DNA of 64,000 nucleotides from Burkholderiales bacterium. GTDB taxonomy: Bacteria; Pseudomonadota; Gammaproteobacteria; Burkholderiales; JACQAP01. The DNA lies in NCBI GenBank assembly GCA_035549715.1, contig DASZQJ010000096.1:5006-69005 (forward strand), in the 5' to 3' direction. Positions 7,708 to 16,883 of the stretch are shown one piece after another. The position numbers were made by a program, and so were the translations under genes. A model generated the notes under the pieces. The model did not search any database. It was not told where the DNA came from and saw only the letters and a list, made by a program, of their open reading frames with translations. How positions within the stretch are numbered: position 1 is the stretch's first letter; the number at the start of each line of letters is the position of its first letter.

Positions 7708-8958
7708 CTACTTGCGGAAGATCTCCAGCGGGCAGATGGTGGACACCGCGTAGTTCGGCAGGTCGACCACGTTGCCGATGCGCAGGTCGCAGGCCACGCT
7801 CGTGATGACGTAGGCCTGGTCCTTCGTGTAACCCCTGGTCTTCACCAGCCAGTCGATCATCTCGATCAGCGAGTGCCGCGCGGCCTGGGTCAGGTCCTCG
7901 GACAGGTTGGTGAGCGGCGCGATCTTCTTGCTGTCGAGGTAGGTCGAGTACGGCGGCACCTCGCCGGCGTTTTTCAGCGGGTAGCCCACGGTGGCGTAGA
8001 ACTGGTCGGGGGCGAGCTGCTTCATCTGCGAGCCGCCCTCGAAGTGCGGCGTCTTCACCACCGAGGCCATGCCCTTGCGGATCTCGGTGCGCACCGTGAC
8101 CCTGGCGCCCATCTCGATTGCCGTGCCGGACACCTCGCCGTCGCCCTGCGCATAGTGCACGTCGCCGACGAACAGGCCGCAACCGTCGATGAAGCACGGC
8201 AGCAGCAGGGTCGTGCCCACCACCATCTGCTTCACGTCCATGTTGCCGCCGTTCTCGCGCGGCGGGATGGTGCGCAGGCACTTGTCCTTCGCGCTGCCGT
8301 TGGGCCCGCAGACCTCCGCCGGATGCGCGCCCGTGGGTTGCGGCGGCAGCGCGATGCCGCCCGCCTCGCCCAGCTGGGTCTCGCGCTTCAACCAGGCCTC
8401 GACCTCCGGCAGCCCCGGCATGACCCCGACGGTGCCCATGAAGCCGTTGAACGGGATGCGCACCCCCGGCACCTGGTCGGACACCGCTTCCATGCGGTTG
8501 AGCTTCCAGTTGGCGATGTAGGGCTTGGGGTACAGGTCGCGCAGGAACCCGAAGCCCGGCACCACGGTGGTGTAGCCGTACTCGTCGGGCTCGACGTCGA
8601 TGAGCGTGACCGCGAGCACGTCGCCGCGCTTCGCGCCCTCGATGTGCACCGGCCCGGTGATCGGATGCACCAGGTTGAGGTCGACCGCCGAGAGATCCTT
8701 CGGCTCGGATTGCAGGTTCAGGTTCGAATCCAGGGCATCCCGGGTCTCGAACCGGATGAGCTGCCCGGTTTTGGCGCGCGCGACCGGCTTGATGGCCGGG
8801 TGGTAGCGGTTGAAGCAGTTGGGATCGTCCGGGCAGTGGGCTCCCTGCTTCCTGACTTCCACCCATGACTGGCTCTTGACGTCCGTGGTATCGGCGAGGA
8901 CCGCCGTGGACATGCCGGCAAACGCCAGCACTGGCAACAACTTGAACGACGTATTCAT
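7708..8958 (-). CDS. Acetamidase/formamidase family protein with N-terminal signal peptide
   Basis: 416 aa with signal MNTSFKLLPVLAFAGMSTAVLA. The stretches HPITGPVHIEGAKRGDVL, NGGNMD and GDVHYAQGDGEVSGTAIE are typical FmdA/AmdA motifs. AGGAGG Shine-Dalgarno upstream. Confidence 0.85.
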   Translation of the reverse strand: MNTSFKLLPVLAFAGMSTAVLADTTDVKSQSWVEVRKQGAHCPDDPNCFNRYHPAIKPVARAKTGQLIRFETRDALDSNLNLQSEPKDLSAVDLNLVHPITGPVHIEGAKRGDVLAVTLIDVEPDEYGYTTVVPGFGFLRDLYPKPYIANWKLNRMEAVSDQVPGVRIPFNGFMGTVGVMPGLPEVEAWLKRETQLGEAGGIALPPQPTGAHPAEVCGPNGSAKDKCLRTIPPRENGGNMDVKQMVVGTTLLLPCFIDGCGLFVGDVHYAQGDGEVSGTAIEMGARVTVRTEIRKGMASVVKTPHFEGGSQMKQLAPDQFYATVGYPLKNAGEVPPYSTYLDSKKIAPLTNLSEDLTQAARHSLIEMIDWLVKTRGYTKDQAYVITSVACDLRIGNVVDLPNYAVSTICPLEIFRK

Positions 8959-9066
8959 CCCGCCTCCTGGAAGTGGTTGAACGAGCCGACGGCCGGTATT
9001 CCGGCGTCATCCAGCATCCGCGTGAGCAAAATTCGTGTCAACGCCGCCGGATGTATCAAGTTGTGA

Positions 9067-11106
9067 CTATCTTAGGATGTTCAGGACCCCGAGTATGAAG
9101 GCGTAGGTGAAGGCGATCTCCTTGAGGTAGTCGTAACGGCCGGATGCCCCGCCATGGCCGGCCTCCATGTTGGTCTTCAGGAGCAGCGGGTTGGCGTCGG
9201 TCTTGAGGGTGCGCAGCCTGGCCACGTACTTGGCGGGCTCCCAGTACATCACCTGGCTGTCGTTGAGCGAGGTCTCGACCAGCATCGCCGGGTAGGGCCC
9301 GGGCTTGAGGTTGTCATAAGGCGAGTACGAAAGCATGTAGTCGTAGTGCGCCCGGTTGTTGGGGTTGCCCCATTCCTCGTACTCGCCCGTGGTGAGCGGC
9401 AGCGTGTCGTCGAGCATGGTGTTGACCACGTCGAGGAAGGGCACTTCGGAAACGACCCCGCGGAACAGGTCCGGCCTCAGGTTCGTCACCGCGCCCATCA
9501 GCAGCCCGCCCGCGCTTCCCCCCTCGATCACCAGGCGGTCCGGCGCCGTGCATGCCTTGCGGACCAGGTGCTCCGCGCAGGCGATGAAGTCGGTGAAGGT
9601 GTTCATCTTGTCCATCATGCGGCCCTGGTCGTGCCAGCGCTTGCCCATCTCGCCGCCGCCGCGCACGTGGGCGGTGGCGAAGATCACGCCACGGTCGAGC
9701 AGGGACAGCCGCGCGGAGCTGAAATCCACGTCCATCGGCAGCCCGTACGAGCCGTAGCCGTAGAGCAGCAGCGGCTGCGGGCCGTCGCGGCGCCGGTCGC
9801 GCCGGAAGACCATCGACACGGGGATGCGCGTGCCGTCGGGCGCCGGCGCATGGACCAGCTCGGAAGCGTACTGCGCGGCGTCGTAGCCGCGCACCTCGCG
9901 CTGCTTGAGCAGCCTGCGGGCGCGCGTGTCGAGGTCGTACTCGAACTCGGAGTCCGGCGTCACGTACGAGTCGTACTGGAAGCGGAAGGTCCTCGTGTCG
10001 AACTCGGCGTTGGCGCTGCCGCCCACCGAATACACCGGCTCGGGCATGGAGATCTCGTGCGTGTCGCCGTCGGCGAGGCGGATCACCGCGAGGCGGGGGA
10101 AGCCCCCGGCCCGCTCCTGCACCACGAGGTGGCGCGAGAACACGTCCACGCCCTCGATCATCACGTCCTCCCGGTGCGCGATGCGCTCCTCCCAATGGTC
10201 CTCGCCCGGATCGCCGACCGGCGCGGTCGCCAGGCGGAAATTGCGGCCGCGGTCGTTGGTGACGATGTAGAACAGGCCGTGCCCGTGGTCCAGGTAGTAC
10301 TCGTGGTCCTGGCGTCGCGGCGCGACGAGGCGCGGCGCCGCTTCCGGCGTGCGCGCCGGGACGCAGCGCACCTCGGAGGTGGTCGCGCTGCTCGAGGTGA
10401 GGAAGATCCATTCCTCGCTGCGGGACAGGGACACGGAGATCGAGAAGCGGGGGTCGGTTTCCTCGAACACGAGCTCGTCGTGCGCCTGCCCGAGCCGGTG
10501 CCGGTACAGCCGGCAGGCGCGCTTGGCGTCGTCCTCGAGCACGTAGAACAGCGTGCGGTTGTCGAGCGCCCAGGCGGCCGAGCGCGACCGGGCGATGCGC
10601 TCCCCGAGCAGCGTCCCGTCGCGCAGGTCCTTGACCTGCAGGGTGTACTCGCGGAATCCGGTCGTGTCGGTCGAGAACGCCAGCAGGTTGCCGTCGGGGC
10701 TCACGTCGAACAGCCCGAGGGCGAAGAACTTGTGCCCCTTCGCCTCCCGGTTGGCGTCGAGGATGACCTGCTCCGGGGCATCGAGGCTACCTGCCTTGCG
10801 GCAATGGATGCGGTACTGCTTGCCCTTCTGCGTGCGCGAATAGTAGTAGTAGCCGTTTTCGCGGTAGGGCACGTCGACGTCCGTTTCCTTGATGCGGCGG
10901 AGCATCTCGCGGTAAAGCGCCTTCTGCAGCGGCAGGGAGGGTTTCATCATCGCGGCCGTGTAGGCGTTCTCCGCCTCGAGGTAGGCGCGCACCGCGGCGT
11001 CTTCCTTGTGGCGCAGCCAGTGGTAGTCGTCGCGGCGGTCCTGGCCGTGGACCTGGCTGGCATGCGGGATGACGCGGGCGACGGGCGGGACGGGGACAAC
11101 GGGCAC
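9067..11106 (-). CDS. ptrB: Oligopeptidase B (protease II), S9 prolyl oligopeptidase family
   Basis: 679 aa. N-terminal DDYHWLR..., beta-propeller region, and catalytic Ser context GGSAGGLLMG with C-terminal His. Confidence 0.9.
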   Translation of the reverse strand: MPVVPVPPVARVIPHASQVHGQDRRDDYHWLRHKEDAAVRAYLEAENAYTAAMMKPSLPLQKALYREMLRRIKETDVDVPYRENGYYYYSRTQKGKQYRIHCRKAGSLDAPEQVILDANREAKGHKFFALGLFDVSPDGNLLAFSTDTTGFREYTLQVKDLRDGTLLGERIARSRSAAWALDNRTLFYVLEDDAKRACRLYRHRLGQAHDELVFEETDPRFSISVSLSRSEEWIFLTSSSATTSEVRCVPARTPEAAPRLVAPRRQDHEYYLDHGHGLFYIVTNDRGRNFRLATAPVGDPGEDHWEERIAHREDVMIEGVDVFSRHLVVQERAGGFPRLAVIRLADGDTHEISMPEPVYSVGGSANAEFDTRTFRFQYDSYVTPDSEFEYDLDTRARRLLKQREVRGYDAAQYASELVHAPAPDGTRIPVSMVFRRDRRRDGPQPLLLYGYGSYGLPMDVDFSSARLSLLDRGVIFATAHVRGGGEMGKRWHDQGRMMDKMNTFTDFIACAEHLVRKACTAPDRLVIEGGSAGGLLMGAVTNLRPDLFRGVVSEVPFLDVVNTMLDDTLPLTTGEYEEWGNPNNRAHYDYMLSYSPYDNLKPGPYPAMLVETSLNDSQVMYWEPAKYVARLRTLKTDANPLLLKTNMEAGHGGASGRYDYLKEIAFTYAFILGVLNILR

Positions 11107-11211
11107 GCTGGGCTCCTGGGGGGGGATGAATGACGCCGGCGCGAGCCGGGCTTACCCGGCCGGCGGCGCTACGGGTAGAATCGGCGCCGGCCCAACCGAC
11201 GCGCGACGACC

Positions 11212-11409
11212 ATGAAAACCTACGAATCCGAGATCACCAAGTTTATCCGCGATTTCCTGGACAAGCACCCGGAGGTCGTGGAAAAGCAGAAAAAGGCGCG
11301 CGCCACGTGGTGGGACCGGCCGCAGAGCCTCGAGGAACGCAGGGCGCTGGAGCAGGCGCAGGTCCCGAAGAAAGCCTACGAGTACTACAACCTCGACAAG
11401 GAAACCTGA
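11212..11409 (+). CDS. Small conserved hypothetical protein (DUF3460-like)
   Basis: 65 aa, MKTYESEITKFIRDFLDKHPEVVEKQKKARATWWDRPQ..., charged and helical. The family assignment is from memory and unverified. Confidence 0.55.
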   Translation: MKTYESEITKFIRDFLDKHPEVVEKQKKARATWWDRPQSLEERRALEQAQVPKKAYEYYNLDKET

Positions 11410-11429
11410 GCGCCGCGGCCGGCCGCCGT

Positions 11430-12458
11430 TCACCACTGGTACCCCAGGGTGAACAGCAGCGTCCGGTCGGTCGGCACGCGCCCGGGCGTGGGGTTGTTCT
11501 CCCAGTCCACGTTGTACTGCAGGGTGCCCGTGATGCGGTGGATCAGGGGAAAGCGCAGGCCGGTCTGCGAGCGCACGAAGGCGCTGTCGCTGTCCGCAAC
11601 GGCCGCATAGACCTCGTCGGCGTGGAAGAACTGGTTGCGCGTCCCGAACAGGTAATGGTCAAAGCGCAGCGCCGAGCGCAGCGCCGGATAGCGCTCATCC
11701 TGCCCCGCGATGAAATCCGTGTTCACGTACGTCAGGCCGGCCTCCAGCGCGAGGTTGGTCTTGTCCCCCTCGATGAACTGGTAACCGCTCCCGCCGCCGG
11801 CGGTGCTGCGCAGGCGGATGTCCTTGAACTGGTCGTTCTCGACGTTGGCGTTGGCGTAGGTGTACCACTTGCGCGTCAGGAAATGGTCCCACTTCAGGCC
11901 GACGAGCCAGTTGGATTCCGATTCCGAATCGTGGTCGGTCGAACGGCGCGTCTTGCCCCCCGCGGTGAATCGGTCGTAGCGCATGCGCGCGATCGCCTCG
12001 GCGTCGACGTAGAGCGTCTCGATCTCGGAGTTGCCGCGGGAGGCCGAATAGCCCAGGTTGATGCGCCCGAGGGACTTCACGCCCTCGCCCGACACGTCCG
12101 GCGCGGGATTGATGAACACGACGCGCCTGAGCTCCACGGGCGCCCCCGGCGGCTCCACGCCCGTATGGACCACCAGGGTGCCGTCGGTCACCGTCTCCAG
12201 GGTCCCGCGCGCCATGGTGCCGTCGTCGAGGTGGATCTTCACGTCCTTGTCGGTGAAGATCCGCGTCACGTCGGCCCAGCGCAGCTTGACCTCGCCCAGG
12301 TCGGGCATGGCCAGGACCAGGAACTCCGTTTCCTTGCCGACCACCGTGCCCGACAGGCGATCGCCGTTGGCCAGGGTGACCTGGTCCGCCGCGGCCGCGC
12401 CGACCCGCGCGAGGACGCAGGCCGCCACCAGCAGGCGCCATCCCCGCATCCCGATCAC
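11430..12458 (-). CDS. DUF481-type outer-membrane beta-barrel protein
   Basis: 342 aa with a signal peptide, alternating beta-strand pattern and C-terminal LFTLGYQW aromatic terminus typical of OMPs. The repeat N-terminal domain (GDRLSGTVV...) resembles DUF481 proteins. Confidence 0.7.
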   Translation of the reverse strand: MIGMRGWRLLVAACVLARVGAAAADQVTLANGDRLSGTVVGKETEFLVLAMPDLGEVKLRWADVTRIFTDKDVKIHLDDGTMARGTLETVTDGTLVVHTGVEPPGAPVELRRVVFINPAPDVSGEGVKSLGRINLGYSASRGNSEIETLYVDAEAIARMRYDRFTAGGKTRRSTDHDSESESNWLVGLKWDHFLTRKWYTYANANVENDQFKDIRLRSTAGGGSGYQFIEGDKTNLALEAGLTYVNTDFIAGQDERYPALRSALRFDHYLFGTRNQFFHADEVYAAVADSDSAFVRSQTGLRFPLIHRITGTLQYNVDWENNPTPGRVPTDRTLLFTLGYQW

Positions 12459-12691
12459 TTCCGGGTCCCCTTCGTTCCATGTCCCCGGCCTCCCCTCCGG
12501 CCGGCCGGGATGGCGACGCGTGTCATCGGCATCAGAGCAATGAGTTCCGCCCTGCGGCGGAGTTCCCTGGGCGGCCGGAAATCCGGCAAAACCCCATGTC
12601 GCACAAGCCCTTTTTTTCCCGGCAGGGAGACAGTGGCCTTTCTGGCAGAATGTCGCGCTCCACTCGTCGCCCGACCTCCGGAACCCCGAAC

Positions 12692-13387
12692 ATGAACATT
12701 CGCCGTCGCGCCGCCCGCCTGCCCGCGCTCCTTGCCCTGCCCTGCGCCGCCACTTTTGCCGCGGCCGCCCTGGCCCAGGCCGAGCCCGTCGACATTTCGC
12801 AGGAGCCGCGCCACCGCCTGAAATTCGAGAACGAGCACGTGCGCTTTTTCGACGTGCAGCTCGAGCCGGGCTACCAGGCCCTCTACCACTGGCACCGCAA
12901 CGACGGCCTGTTCATCAACCTGTACGTGGCCCCCACCATCGCCCAGGACGTCGGACAGGCACCGGTCGAGCGCGGCGGGCGCGCCATCGGCGAGGCCTAT
13001 TTCATCAACTACGCCGCCCGGCCCAAGGCGCACCGGGTCTCGAATCCCGGCAAGTCCGAGTACCGCGTCACGGACACGGAGATCCTGCAGGGCTGCGGCG
13101 CGCAGGGCGACATGGCCGAGGGGCCCAACCAGACGCTGGTCGTGGACAACGAGCGGGTTTTCGTGACCCGCATCCTGCTGCACCCGGGCGAGTCGTCCGA
13201 ATTGCGCGCGCCCTGCGGCATGTTCGTCTCGGTCTCCGGCGGCAACGTCACCTTCGAAGGCCCGCAGGGCACCGAGAGCCTGGCGATGCCGATTGCCGGC
13301 TTCAAGTGGCGCAAGACGGACGAAACCATCCGCCTCACCAACGCCGGCAACACCGTGTTCCACGCCGTCGACATCCGCATCAAGTAG
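12692..13387 (+). CDS. Secreted hypothetical protein (possible cupin-like fold)
   Basis: ATG at 12692 gives 231 aa with signal MNIRRRAARLPALLALPCAATFAAAALAQA. Two similar halves carry short beta-strand motifs (HWH..., LLHPGES). Weak assignment. Confidence 0.5.
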   Translation: MNIRRRAARLPALLALPCAATFAAAALAQAEPVDISQEPRHRLKFENEHVRFFDVQLEPGYQALYHWHRNDGLFINLYVAPTIAQDVGQAPVERGGRAIGEAYFINYAARPKAHRVSNPGKSEYRVTDTEILQGCGAQGDMAEGPNQTLVVDNERVFVTRILLHPGESSELRAPCGMFVSVSGGNVTFEGPQGTESLAMPIAGFKWRKTDETIRLTNAGNTVFHAVDIRIK

Positions 13388-13395
13388 GGCGCCGC

Positions 13396-14589
13396 ATGTC
13401 GACGCGACGAGGCAAGGTCCTGGCGCTGGCCGCGTGCCAGGCGCTGCTGGTGACGAACAACGCGATGATGATCTCGATCGGCACGCTCGCCGCCGATACG
13501 CTGGCCAGGAACAAGTTCCTCGTGACCCTGCCCGCCACCGCGTACATCGTCGGCGGCGGGCTCACCACCCTGCCGGTCTCCCTGTTCATGAAGCGCCACG
13601 GCCGGCGCGCGGGCTTCATCCTCGGCGCGAGCTTCGGCATCGCGGGCGCCGCGCTCGCCGCCGCCGCGATGGCCCTGCACAACTTCTGGCTCCTCGCCCT
13701 CGCGGCCCTGGTCTCCGGCGTCTACACCGGCTCGGGCGGGTTCTACCGCTTCGCCGCGGCGGATGCCGTGACCTCCGACTGGCGCAGCAAGGCCATCTCG
13801 CTGGTGCTGGCGGGGGGCATCGTCGGCGGCATCTTCGGCCCGGAAAGCAGCAAGCTCACGCGCCACCTGCTCGAGACCGCCTACCTCGGCTCCTTCCTTT
13901 CGCTGGTCGTGCTGGCGTCGATCGCCATCCTGGTGCTGCGCCGCATGGACCTGCCCGCGCCCTCGGCCGAGGAGCAGCATGGCGCGTCGCGGCCGCTGCG
14001 CGCCATCGCCAGGCAGCCGGCCTTCATCGTCGCCGCGCTCGGCGCGATCACCGCGTACGGGGTGATGAACCTGCTGATGGCGGCGACCCCGCTGGCGATG
14101 CAGATGTGCAGCCACCCCTACGACGCCGCCATGCTGGTGATCGAGTGGCACATCATCGCCATGTTCGCGCCCGCCTTCGGCACGGGCTGGCTGATTTCGC
14201 GCATCGGCGTGCTGCCGGTGATGTTCCTGGGCGTGGTGCTCAAGCTCGCCGCGATTGCCATCGCGGTGTCCAGCGTCACGGTCACCGCCTTCTGGCTGTC
14301 GATGGTGCTGATCGGGGTGGGCTGGTGCTTCCTGTTCGTCGGCGGCACGACGCTGCTGACCGAGACCTACCGTCCGGCGGAAAAGGCCAAGACGCAGGGC
14401 TTCAACGACCTGCTGATCTACTTCACGATGGGCGCCACCTCGCTGACCTCGGGCGCCGTCCTTTACGGCTTCGGCTGGAACGTGCTCAATGCGAGCGCCC
14501 TGCCGATGCTGGCGGTCACCGCCATCGCGATCCTCTGGCTCGGGGCGCTGCGGCGCGGCGCAGCACCCGCCTCCCAGGCGGCAAAGTAG
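13396..14589 (+). CDS. MFS transporter
   Basis: ATG at 13396 gives 397 aa and about 12 hydrophobic segments, with an MFS loop motif around FMKRHGRRAG. Confidence 0.8.
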   Translation: MSTRRGKVLALAACQALLVTNNAMMISIGTLAADTLARNKFLVTLPATAYIVGGGLTTLPVSLFMKRHGRRAGFILGASFGIAGAALAAAAMALHNFWLLALAALVSGVYTGSGGFYRFAAADAVTSDWRSKAISLVLAGGIVGGIFGPESSKLTRHLLETAYLGSFLSLVVLASIAILVLRRMDLPAPSAEEQHGASRPLRAIARQPAFIVAALGAITAYGVMNLLMAATPLAMQMCSHPYDAAMLVIEWHIIAMFAPAFGTGWLISRIGVLPVMFLGVVLKLAAIAIAVSSVTVTAFWLSMVLIGVGWCFLFVGGTTLLTETYRPAEKAKTQGFNDLLIYFTMGATSLTSGAVLYGFGWNVLNASALPMLAVTAIAILWLGALRRGAAPASQAAK

Positions 14590-14598
14590 GTCCCGGCC

Positions 14599-15606
14599 TT
14601 GTTGCGCCTCGGCATCCTCGACCAGTCGCCCATCGTGAGCGGATGCACGCCGACCGACGCGCTGCATGCGACGATCGAGCTGGCGCGCCGCGCCGAGGCC
14701 CTGGGCTACCACCGCTACTGGCTGGCCGAGCACCACAACATGCGGGGGCTGGCGGACCCCAGCCCGGAGATCCTCCTGGGCCAGGTCGCCGCGGCCACCA
14801 GGCGCATGCGCGTGGGCACCGGCGGCGTGCTGCTGCCCTACTACAGCCCGCTGAAGGTCGCCGAGGTCTTCCGCATGTACGAGAACCTCTTCCCGGGGCG
14901 CATCGACCTGGGGATCGGCCGGGCGCCGGGCGGGGACCGGATGACCGCGGACGCCCTGAACGCCTCGGCCTTCGCGGACATGGATGCGTTCCCGCGCCAG
15001 GTCATGGACGTCGTGGGCTGGCTCGACCGCACGCTGCCCGAAGAGCATCCCTACGCGCTCGTGCAAGCGATGCCGACGGGCGTCTCGTCGCCCGAAGTCT
15101 GGCTGCTCGGCTCGTCCGACTACAGCGGCGCGCTCGCCGCCTACCTGGGGCTGCGCTTCGCCTTCGCGCACTTCATCAATGCACAGGGCGGCGACCTCGT
15201 CAGCCAGGCCTACCGGCGCGATTTCCGGCCGTCGGGCCGCGAATCCGCGCCGGCGTCCATGGCCTGCGTCTTCGCCCTGTGCGCCGAGACGGCGGACGAG
15301 GCGCAGCGCCTTGCCGCCTCCATCGACCTGCGGCGGCTGCAGATGGCCACGGGGCGCGAATCGGTCATCGCCACGGCCGCGGAAGCACTGGCCTACCCCT
15401 ACACCGAGCGCGACCGGCAGATCATCCAGCGCGAGCGGGCGCGAGCGGTGATCGGCACGCCGGCCCAGGTCAAGGCGCGGCTCATCGAGATCGCAGAAGC
15501 CTTCGCCGCCGACGAGCTGATGGTGATCACGATCACCGGCGATTACGCCTCGCGCCTGCGCTCCTACGAGTTGCTGGCCGCGGAGTTCGGGCTTGCCCGT
15601 GGCTGA
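14599..15606 (+). CDS. LLM-class (luciferase-like) flavin-dependent oxidoreductase
   Basis: 335 aa. LGILDQSPI...ELARRAEALGYHRYWLAEHHN is the characteristic N-terminus of the YhbW-like LLM subgroup. TTG start. Confidence 0.85.
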   Translation: MLRLGILDQSPIVSGCTPTDALHATIELARRAEALGYHRYWLAEHHNMRGLADPSPEILLGQVAAATRRMRVGTGGVLLPYYSPLKVAEVFRMYENLFPGRIDLGIGRAPGGDRMTADALNASAFADMDAFPRQVMDVVGWLDRTLPEEHPYALVQAMPTGVSSPEVWLLGSSDYSGALAAYLGLRFAFAHFINAQGGDLVSQAYRRDFRPSGRESAPASMACVFALCAETADEAQRLAASIDLRRLQMATGRESVIATAAEALAYPYTERDRQIIQRERARAVIGTPAQVKARLIEIAEAFAADELMVITITGDYASRLRSYELLAAEFGLARG

Positions 15607-16804
15607 GCACCCCCACGACCGCCGCGCGGAGCGCCGGCTGGTCGGCGTGCTCGCGGCCGTGCAGTTCACGCACATCATGGATTTCATGATCGTGATGCCG
15701 CTCGGGCCGCAGCTGATGCGGGTCCTGCACATCACGCCGCAGCAGTTCGGATTGCTGGTGTCGATCTACACCATCGCCGCGGCGGTGACCTCCCTGGCGG
15801 CGGCCTTTTTCACCGACCGATTCGACCGCCGCCACACGCTGCTGCTGCTCTACGGCGGGTTCATCGTCTCCACCCTGCTGTGCGGCCTGGCCCCGGGCAT
15901 CCTTTCGCTGATCGCCGCGCGCGCCATGGCCGGCGCCTTCGGCGGCGTTGCCGGGGCCACCGTGCACTCCATCGTCGGGGACGCGGTGCCGGAGGTGCGG
16001 CGTGGCCAGGCGACCGGCGTGCTGATGTCGGCCTTCGCCCTGTCCTCGATCCTCGGCGTGCCTGTCGGACTGGTGCTCGCCGCCCACTACTCCTGGCGGG
16101 CGCCGTTCGTGTTCCTGGCGGTGGTTTCGGTGCTGGTCCTGGTCGCCACCTGGAAACTCGTGCCGCCGGTGCGCGGCCACATGGTCGCCGGGGAATCACA
16201 CCGGCCGCTGCAGCGGATGAAGGCGGTACTGGGGGAAGCCAACCACCGCCGCGCCTTCCTGTTCATGTTCACCCTGATGTTCGCGGGCTTTTCGGTCATC
16301 CCGTTCATCAGCCCCTACATGGTGGCCAACGTCGGGCTCCAGGAAACCGACCTGCCCTACCTGTACTTCTTCGGCGGGCTCGCCACGGCCTTTTCCTCGC
16401 GCTTCATCGGCAAGCTCGCCGACCGCCGCGGCAAGCGCCAGGTGTTCACCGCCGTCGGCCTGCTCTCGATCGCCCCGCTGCTCATCACGACCAACCTGCC
16501 GCCGGTGCCCGTGTGGCTCGCCATCTGCGCCTCCGTGGTGTTCATGGTGCTCGTGTCGGGACGCTTCGTGCCCGCGATGGCGCTGGTGATCTCCAGCGTG
16601 GCACCGCGCATGCGCGGCGGCTTCATGAACATCAACGGCGCCATCCAGCAGGCCGGCATGGGCATCGCCTCGTACCTCGCCGGCACGATCATCGGCCACG
16701 CGGCCGACGGCACCATGGCACGTTACTGGGTGGTGGGATTGATCGCGGTGGGGGCGACGCTGCTGGCGATCCTGCTCGCGTGGCGGGTACGTCTGGTATC
16801 GTAA
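15593..16804 (+). CDS. MFS transporter
   Basis: 403 aa, overlapping the preceding gene by 14 nt. Contains FTDRFDRRHTLLL and multiple TM segments typical of MFS. Confidence 0.8.
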   Translation: MPVAEHPHDRRAERRLVGVLAAVQFTHIMDFMIVMPLGPQLMRVLHITPQQFGLLVSIYTIAAAVTSLAAAFFTDRFDRRHTLLLLYGGFIVSTLLCGLAPGILSLIAARAMAGAFGGVAGATVHSIVGDAVPEVRRGQATGVLMSAFALSSILGVPVGLVLAAHYSWRAPFVFLAVVSVLVLVATWKLVPPVRGHMVAGESHRPLQRMKAVLGEANHRRAFLFMFTLMFAGFSVIPFISPYMVANVGLQETDLPYLYFFGGLATAFSSRFIGKLADRRGKRQVFTAVGLLSIAPLLITTNLPPVPVWLAICASVVFMVLVSGRFVPAMALVISSVAPRMRGGFMNINGAIQQAGMGIASYLAGTIIGHAADGTMARYWVVGLIAVGATLLAILLAWRVRLVS

Positions 16805-16810
16805 AACCAG

Positions 16811-16882
16811 GCGCGAGGCACGAGGCGCGAGGCGCGAGAGCCTGATCTCTAGAACCTCGTGCTTCGCACCTCGCGCCTCGTG
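16811..16882. repeat. Heptamer-array hairpin: (GCRCGAG)x4, 16-nt loop containing TCTAGA, then (CCTCGYG-like)x4
   Basis: Read directly. The 5' arm (16811-16838) and 3' arm (16855-16882) are imperfect reverse complements, each built of 7-nt units. Sits between convergent stops at 16804 and 16884. Confidence 0.9.
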
Positions 16883-16883
16883 C

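Noticed and set aside
7703-9010. Upstream part of the 620-aa minus-strand ORF 7148..9010
   Set aside because: It is out of frame over the acetamidase/formamidase gene. Only the 3' 184 codons, from the Tat-like MDRRRFLL start, were kept.
13009-15735. 908-aa minus-strand ORF
   Set aside because: It runs antisense across three well-supported + strand genes (MFS, LLM oxidoreductase, MFS). Its composition is dominated by R/G/A/D/H repeats, so it is a GC artefact.
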